A program made the position numbers and the translations under genes. The notes under the pieces are model-generated. The model saw only the letters and a list, made by a program, of their open reading frames with translations, made no database searches and had not been told where the DNA came from. From Octopus vulgaris (lineage: Eukaryota), in the NCBI GenBank assembly GCA_951406725.2, contig OX597835.1, forward strand, positions 32,922,001-32,986,000: DNA of 64,000 nucleotides, written 5' to 3'. Each line of letters opens with the position of its first letter. Position 1 is the first letter of the stretch. This document shows, piece after piece, positions 55,771 through 64,000 of the stretch.

Positions 55771-56166
55771 TGAAATATAACAACTAGTGAGAGATTCTCA
55801 CAGGCTGGAGGTTTGAGAGTGAGGAATATACTTTTCGATAGAGATTTCAATATGGTACGCTGTAGTCATTTCAATAATTTCATCTGAAAATATTCGCATA
55901 CCACAAGATATATTGAAAGAGACATTTAACTGGAATTCCTTAAGTCATCCATCCATCCATCGATCCATCCTCTCATCCCTACATGCATGTATGCACCCAT
56001 CCATCCATCCATCCATCCATCTATTATATAGAGAGCATTACTATACATAAATGCCACACGCTAGGAGGGACTCTTAAAGTCAAAACTACTAAAATACATA
56101 AAAGCATTGTACCGAAAGCGAGGGAATGCAACTCTCGAAGCTAGCCACTTAAGAACAGATTTCAGC

Positions 56167-56218
<52 letters not shown>

Positions 56219-56716
56219 ACTATCAGTGAAGAGGGGTCTATGTGACATTACATTTATTAATTTATTCTATATCTTACAATTGTTTCATCAATGTGCGGTT
56301 GACCAGCTGCATATTGTATCTATAGATATGTGTAACAAAGACGATATATATCATGTCCTAGAAGTGATTGCATCATAACTAATAGGACAAACGTAATACA
56401 TGATGCTAATATATGTCAATGAGCGCGTGCCTGTTTACTTAAATTTGGTAATTTATGTTTATGTCACTATAAATTTATTGTATTTGTGTGAATATGTGTA
56501 TAACTATATTTAAATGTTGTTTCTGGGGAGAGTGATTTTCTTTTTCTGCCTTTTGAGTTAACACACACCCCGGTAAAAATTTCCACTTATTTCTTATTTT
56601 TATTTTCCTAAAGTTTTCGTTGCGGCTCGCAACCTTTTCAATAGGCTTGACTCTGTCCGTTATTTACACTGCGTTCCTCACATAAAGAATCTTGCAAACC
56701 AAATCCAGAAACGACA

Positions 56717-57106
56717 TCTATACATATAAAGCTGAAGTTGTCTGTGTGGCAGGTTTGGTAACCTTCAACTAACAGTATCACCTCTGAGACCTTGAGGCAC
56801 AAGTTGACCAAACTTGAGAGTATGGTAGAAGAAGGCTTGCTCTTCATTCCGTAGTAGAAGAAAATCCAAATCGCACCATGTTAAGACCAAAAATTATTTA
56901 CATCAAAAAGGTGCTTTTTTTTCTATGAAAATCCCTATTTATTACGATTTTTTAACTGCTGTGTCGCCATTTTTCGGTGTACTTCAACCAGAAAAATGTT
57001 CACTTAAAGAGAATAACAAGCTACATAATGCAAAATTTTAACTTTTCAAAATGTCCTATTCTAAAGGGTCGAAAGAAACCCGAGCAACGCCGGGCGATAC
57101 TGCTAG
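56717..57106 (+). mobile_element. Complete non-autonomous Helitron (390 bp)
   Basis: A|TCTATACATATAAAGCTGAAG 5' end, GC hairpin cccg-agcaacgc-cggg (57079-57094), CTAG|T 3' end, no TSD. Confidence 0.85.
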
Positions 57107-57147
57107 TATATTTAAATGCCTTCCTCAATAAAGAATAATTTTACCTT

Positions 57148-57231
57148 ATGGTTCTGATGAAGCTATACGATGTAGCACCAACAATCAAATCTGGGTGTAC
57201 ATTCTATGCGGCTAAAACAGTTGTAACCTAA
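57148..57231 (+). ncRNA. Degenerate hammerhead-like motif
   Basis: ggtt-CTGATGA-agc...gct-aAAAC-agtt-GTA-acc. The G of GAAA is lost. Confidence 0.4.
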
Positions 57232-57567
57232 TGCAAGTATTTCCATGCCATCTATTCAGTTGTCACTGACTTATTAATTAATATTATGCTGAGTACTTAC
57301 CACTTTACGAAATACAAGTCTGCACTGGAAGACGTCAGTGATTTATTAGTACATCGTGACAGGAATTTAGTAATACTGCGCAAAATACGCGCTTTTAATT
57401 CTAGCAACTGCTTATTGGTTCTGCTATGGTAAAGGTTTCCAGAATAATCAGGAAAGTATTAGATAGTTGAAAAGAACTGATAGCATTATACCGTAGGCTG
57501 CAGATAGCAAGTTCGCTACGCGTGCAAGACTCCAAGAGTTCCAACAAAATTTGTTATAATAAGGAGG

Positions 57568-57713
57568 GGTAAATAGCTTGTTTACCAACCACATGGTTAT
57601 GGATTCAGTTCCACTGCGTGGCACCTTGGGAAGTGTCTTCTACTATAACCTCGGGCCGACCAAAGCCTTGTGAGTGGATTTGGTAGACGGAAACTGAAAA
57701 GAAGGCCGTCGTA

Positions 57714-57751
<38 letters not shown>

Positions 57752-57984
57752 TGTGTGTGTTTGTGTGTTTGTGTGTCTGTGTTTGTCCCCCTAGCATTGC
57801 TTGACAACCGATGCTGGTGTGTTTATGTCCCCGTTACTTAGCGGTTCGGCAAAAGAGACCGATAGAATAAGTACTGGGCTTACAAAAGAATAAGTCTCGG
57901 GGTCGAGTTGCTCGATTAAAGGCGGTGCTCCAGCATGGCCGCAGTCAAATGACTGAAACAAATAAAAGAGTAAAAGAGAAAGAG
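57568..57984 (+). mobile_element. SINE family A, near full length
   Basis: Core, microsatellite and complete tail. Confidence 0.9.
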
Positions 57985-58004
57985 TGATAATAATAATAAT
58001 AATA

Positions 58005-58125
<121 letters not shown>

Positions 58126-59052
58126 TGATGATGATGATGATGATGATGATAACAACAACAGCAAAAACAACAACAACAACACTATAAGAATTAGTGGAAA
58201 TCTCAGTGAACGTGGCCTACGTGTATCTCTCCTCTTCAACGACATAATTTATCTTAAGACTTGTTTGATGCCGTCCACGTCATTTCACTTGTGATCCTTA
58301 CTTTCTTCGCAGTAGCTACTTTCTAACCTCGTCTGTTGTTCTACGCTCTCGTGTCATCACTACAGAGGTGGCAGCTGAATAATTTATTGCCATGTTATCA
58401 TTATTACAATTCACATCTATTCCCATGTCCTCCTCTATACATGAGTGTGACCGCGAGAACCTTAGCTGATTGGTTATATTTTTAATTGGCATCTCTTCTC
58501 ACAGTTGGTGATTACATTTGCCTTTCTCTAAATATTTTCTCTTAGAATCCGAATCGAAATCTTCTCAAATCACTTTTACCTGTCAGCTGATCAAAATATC
58601 TGGCGAAATCGTTTGATTATGTGATTTATTTTATGTAATTTCATAAAATGGACTAAATTTATTAAAAAATATAGCAAAATTATGGAAACTTGAGCAAGAT
58701 ATTTTGAACAAAAATGTCCTTTTAATTCATATTTTTATCATTATTATTTTGGTTTGGTGCAGGTTAGGACTTATTCCTGTTAGTATTTATGTGGGTAGCT
58801 GGTTACTACTTGTAACCTTACGTATCTACATGTTTACAGCTGTTATTCAAGTGCCTCCTGATAATTTTTGCTGTCCCTAAGAGACAAGCTTTCTGTACGA
58901 GCACTACCGGGCATTCTATTTCAATCTACTCAGTCATTTGTCTATCTTTCCTTACTGTTCGAAAACACAAATTTTTATAGGCACGACCTTTACTATTCAC
59001 ATGCTTTCTTTTTCTTTTTCTTTTTCTTCTTCTTCTTCTTCTTCTTCTTCTT

Positions 59053-59133
<81 letters not shown>

Positions 59134-59414
59134 GAATGAGAGAGCAGTGCATACCACCAAAGTGGCATTGGGTTAAAATATACAATGCCCCTAATAACCA
59201 TCATGGCTACCCGTCTGATGAGGGTACGCCTGGTACATGCATCAGCACCATTAGTCGATCCCAGGACTTATTCTTTGTAAACCTAGTACTTATTCTATCA
59301 GTCTCTTTTGCCGAACTTCAAAGTTACGGGAACGTAAACACACCAGCATCGGTTGTCAAGCGATGTTGGGAGGAAAAACATAGACACACAAACGTATACA
59401 CACATACATATATA

Positions 59415-61298
59415 TTTATTTTATTTTATTTTTATCTATTTTATTTTATTTTATCTAGTTTCAGCTCACGAGCTGTAGCCATGCTGGGGCACCACCATTT
59501 GGTGTTTCTGCATGATTTTACTTCATGAATGCTTTTTAGCAATTGCCATTTGGTGCATGAGAGAGTTCGATGCAGCTGCCCTCATCTGCACCTCCTGCCG
59601 TGAAGTTGGTTCATCTGGGACACCTGACAGGAAGAGATCCAGTTTTATTTTAAAGACATCTGCATCCACCCCATGCAGGTCTCTCAGGTTCTTCGGGAGG
59701 ATATTGAAGAGCTGTGGGCCTCTGAAGCCCAGGCTATCACAGTATCTTGTCCTACACCTTGATGATAAATTTGGAGTCCTTAGCACTATGCAGTGGCGCC
59801 CAGTTCTAGCACTTGTGTAACTCTCGATGCCAAAGTTTGGGACAAGTCCTTCCAGGATCTTCCAGATGTATATTATGACATATCTTTCTCGCCTACGCTC
59901 TAAGGAATAGAGTCTTAATCTCTTGAGTCTTTCCCAGTAGCTTATATGCTGCACAGAAGCTATCTTCTTCGTGTAGCTTCGTTGTATCGCCTCAAGTTCT
60001 GTGATTAACTTGACATTGGATGGTGGCCATAGCTGAGAGCAATAGTCAAAGTGGCTTAGGACAAGTGCCCTCCAGAGGACCATCATGGTTTCCTGGTCTC
60101 TTGTTCTCAAGCTTCTAAGAATCCATCCGGTCAGCCGCCTATATTTCATTGCCAATTCAGCAACATGCACATGAAAGGTTGCATCATCACTCATGTAAAT
60201 ACCCAGGTCTCCCACTGATTGTGCCTCTGGGATTGCAATCCCTCGAGGTCCAGTGTATTTATTGGGTATTGCATTTCGTTTTGCATGCTGATAGAATAAA
60301 GCTTGAAACTTTTCAGCATTGAACTGCATGCTATTCTTTTCAGCCCACATGTATATTTTGTCCAGCTCACATTGCAGGTGCATAGTCTCTTCAGAGTTCT
60401 GTATTGCTTGTGAAACTTTTGTATCATCTGCATAACTTGTGATCGTGGCTCTCTGCGTGGCTGAGGGCATGTCTGAGAGGGCCATTATGAACAGTAGTGG
60501 TCTCAAAACAGTGCCTTGCGGAACACCGCTCACTATTTGCGTGTTAATGGAAGTGTTCCCATTGGCTACTACCACCTGGCTTCTATCCTTCAGACAGTCA
60601 TGAAGCCATTCTCCCAATTTTCCAACTATGCCAAGATCACGCAGTTTGTGACATATCATTCTATGATCGACTTTATCAAAGGCCTTTGCAAAGTCGAGAT
60701 ATATGACTTCCACATTTGAGTGGTTGAGCAATCGTTTCAGCACCCAGTCATAGTGTTGTAGGAGCTGAGTTAAGCAGCTTCTTCCTGGTCGGAAACCATG
60801 TTGGGTGTCAGGCAGCAAGTCATTTTCTTCAAGGAAGGTGATAAGTTTCCTTCTGACTATTCGTTCCATGACCTTGCAGATGTGTGAGGTCAGAGAGATA
60901 GGTCTGTAGTTCTTGACCTCGCTCTGCTACCTCCTTTATGAATAGGGCATATTTACCTTCTTTCAGTTTTCTTGGAAGTTTGTCAGTTGCAAGAAAGCTC
61001 TGAAAGAGGAACAGCAGTGGTCTTGCTAGGACTCTCTTACATACTTTTAGAAGGATTGCTGGGAATCCATCGGGGCCAGTAGCTGTGTTTGATTTCATTT
61101 CATCTATAGCCTTTATTACTTCGTCTTCCTTTATATTGATGTAATCAATCATCGTTGCCTCTGATTTTGTATCTGCAGTCGTAAAGAAGTCAGTTGGATT
61201 GCTGACTTGAAAATGCCCTAGGGGCGGAGTGAAAATACTCGTGGATTGCTCATTTAGTATTTCACTTATCCTCATTGGATTTCCTGTTAGTGTGCCAT
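59415..61298 (-). mobile_element. 5'-truncated CR1-group LINE with intact 3' UTR and (ATAAA)n tail
   Basis: RT ORFs present. Probable 13-bp TSD acatacatatata at 59402-59414 and 61299-61311. Confidence 0.92.
59523..61295 (-). pseudogene. LINE ORF2 reverse transcriptase fragment, frameshifted near 60900-60950, no endonuclease
   Basis: ATGPDG, QHGFRPGRSC, YLDFAKAFDKV, GVPQGTVL, YADD, DLGI and LYSLERRR motifs in ORFs 60829-61302 and 59523-60869. Confidence 0.93.
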
Positions 61299-62318
61299 AC
61301 ATACATATATACGACGGGCTTCTTTCAGTATCCGTCTATTAAATCCACTCACAAGGCATTGGTCGGCCCGAGGCTATAGTAGAAAACACTTGCCCAATAT
61401 GCCACGCAGTGGGACTGAACCCGGTACCATGTGGTTCGTAAGCAAGCTACTTACCACACAGCCACTCCTATGCCTCATGCGAGTAAAATCTATACACATG
61501 CTCTGTAGGTGCCGCAACATGGAGAACTGAAGGCGAAACACGTTGAAACAAGCCATCATCACCATTGCCACCGCCGTAGTCGTCATCAGCACCATCGTCA
61601 TCATTATCGTCACCATATAGTAGTTGACACTTGCCTAAGGTGCCACGCAATGGGGCTGAACCCGGTACAATGTGGTTCGTAAGCAAGCTACTTAGAACGC
61701 AGCCACTCCTACGCTATAAAACTTTTAATTATAAAAGTTTTAATTATAAGTATGATAAAATGATAACTTAAAAGTTTTAATGATAAAATTTTAATTATAA
61801 GTACTATGTCTTTCTTTTGAGTTCGTTTATCTATCCGTCCGTGTAAATACATGAATGGACCGGTCTGAGCACACATCGATATATATATGTGTGTCTGTAC
61901 ATACGTTTATAGATGTATATATCTATATCTATATATAACAAAGCTCAACGTCTGTGTGTCCGTAAATATATCGGACGAAACAGAATAGAAGATACATAAA
62001 AACAAATTGTGTTCTCATGTAAAATTTTACGAGGAAGACAATGAGCTACATAAAATTTACTTTCCATTGCAATTAGGGGGCTTAACGGGGGCAGACACCT
62101 CTGTGAAATTTCAAATATCTCCGATTTCAATGCAAGTAACAACATAACTACTAGGTACTAAATAAAGAGGATTTCCAAAATTTCACCATCATACAATATT
62201 ATTTAACCCCGCCCCCACTAATGAGGTTTATGACAAGTGAAAGTGCTCATGGAAGATACATAAAATTTAAGTATGTATTCTTGGAATAAGTGTACTACAA
62301 AACTTCAACAATGCATAT

Positions 62319-62749
62319 CTCATTATAGACATTGCAACGTAATTTTATGCATTAGAAAAGGAAAATTTTAATAAGCAAAATATATTTAGTTTACCATATC
62401 ACCGTCAGTTCGAACACCTGTTTTATCAGTTGAGTGTATACCAATGCAATGATCGACAGTGAGTAGCACTGTGTCTAAAGAATATATAATATTATAAAAG
62501 GTATTTTTTATTCATGTTTGACTAAATTTTGTCAAGTTTCATCTGAAACATGTGTTTCGGATGTCGGGATAGAAATCTTCAGTTATCTTCAGTTATCCGG
62601 CCATCGTGGATTTCCACCCCAACATCCGAAACTCGGAGTTTTATTATGGCTACCAAATAATTGTCGCATATCACATTTACAGATAAATTCCTCTATTTAC
62701 ATAATATCGAGGTCTCTTTCATTCTTTTGTTGTCTTACCATTTCTATCA

Positions 62750-62803
<54 letters not shown>

Positions 62804-63056
62804 ATATCTGTTTTTGCTAGCATGTAGGTGCAACATGACAAAATTAAGTGAAACATGGATAAAAAATAGCCTTTTATAAAATTATGTATTCTTTAGTTAA
62901 ACAGAGTACTACTGATTGTCGATCGTTGTATTGCTATACGCTCAACTGATAAGACAGGTGTTCGAACTGGCGGTGATATGATAAACTAAATATATTTTGC
63001 TCATTAAAATATTTCTTTTCTAATGCATAAAATTACACCGCAAAGTCTATAATGAG
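62319..63056. mobile_element. MITE-like element with about 225-bp imperfect TIRs and central (TG)n, nested in the Helitron
   Basis: ctcattatagac...(62319-62545) pairs with ...gtctataatgag (62826-63056). Confidence 0.85.
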
Positions 63057-63595
63057 TATATTCAAATAGCTCATATATTGATGAAATATAAATCATAAAA
63101 CCATTCGGTCATTTTATCAGATCTTTTCCATATCTTACACATCTATGCTTGGCCTGCTGAATGTGGAAAATATAGATTAACTCATCATACTAAAATGCCT
63201 CTGAAAAATTTAGGTTTGGACTATCTAAATAATCTCAGCGTAGGAAAAGAAAAAGAACTGAAGAGGCTGACTATCAGTGGACCAAGAGACTGTGAGTAGA
63301 TACTGAAAAGCATGCAGCCTTACGAGCAACACAAAGACAAGAACAAGCAAAAAGAAGACGAAGATCAAATGCCCAACGAACTGCAGCAGCAAGACAGTTT
63401 GAAACTCCAGAAGCAAGGGAGGGGGAGAATTTTTGAATTCCCGCGAGCCAACAGGTGCACCTCCTCATTGTCTTCGACTGAAAGTAGGTTCACCTGTCAT
63501 GCTTCTGCGCAACCTCTCACAACCAAAGTCATGCGATGGCACAAGACTCGTTGTCAAGAAATTAATGAGCAATGCTATAGAGGCCACAATAATTT

Positions 63596-63882
63596 TTGGC
63601 TATTGAAAAAAGCAAAGATGTTTTTATCCCTCGAATTCCTTCCAGCATTCCCTTTGAGTTCAAACGACTTCAGTTTCCCATATGTTTGTCATTTGCAATG
63701 TGTATCAATAAGTCACAAGGTCAGACGTTACAAGTTTCTGGTTTGCATTTAGAAAAGGATTGTTCTTCACATGGACAGCTACTATATGTCGATGCTTCTA
63801 GAATAGAGAATAAGAAAAAACCTTTTCACATTCAGCTCTAATGGTAAAACTCGAAATATTTTCTATAAAGAAGATTTTTCTG
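63596..63882 (+). pseudogene. Helitron PIF1-family helicase C-terminal fragment
   Basis: [34 protein letters not shown]...HGQLLYV..SR, then GKTRNIFYKE in another frame. Confidence 0.9.
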
Positions 63883-64000
63883 AGCGATAAACAAACTAAT
63901 AATTGCATATTGTTCGATATAATTATAATGAGATTCTCAACGTAAAATTCTGATAATATGAAAAGCCACTTCTATGTCATTTTTTGATTTGTAATAGAAT

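Larger units (their letters stand above)
59255..61475 (-). mobile_element. SINE family A split by a LINE insertion (halves 59255-59414 and 61299-61475)
   Basis: The two halves are colinear with the family A consensus once the LINE is removed. Confidence 0.85.
61922..64000 (+). mobile_element. Internally deleted Helitron; 3' end lies beyond the window
   Basis: A|TCTATATCTATATATAACAAAGCT..GTCTGTGTGTCC 5' end, RepHel N-terminal-like relic at about 63195-63500, and helicase C-terminus. Confidence 0.7.

Overview
This is an AT-rich, repeat-dense eukaryotic window. The (TA)n/(TAA)n/(GAT)n load and the SINE families suggest a coleoid cephalopod such as Octopus (inference). No host gene can be identified with confidence, and almost all ORF-track entries are translated microsatellites. 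Supported elements are: two near-identical defective 1291-bp mariner elements; a 5'-truncated CR1-group LINE nested in a SINE; R4/Dong-type, Penelope-type and L1/Tx1-type retroelement relics; a complete non-autonomous Helitron; an internally deleted Helitron carrying a MITE; an LTR+PBS relic; and many copies of three tRNA-derived SINE families (called A, B and C here). The most interesting signal is a dispersed set of type I hammerhead-ribozyme motifs and long fold-back palindromes in short unique islands between (TA)n tracts, probably Penelope-type termini. Also notable are a SINE/LINE shared 3' tail with compensated stem-loop changes, head-to-tail SINE concatemers with a recurrent junction, and a candidate promoter/first exon near 47 kb. 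All coordinates and alignments were read by eye.
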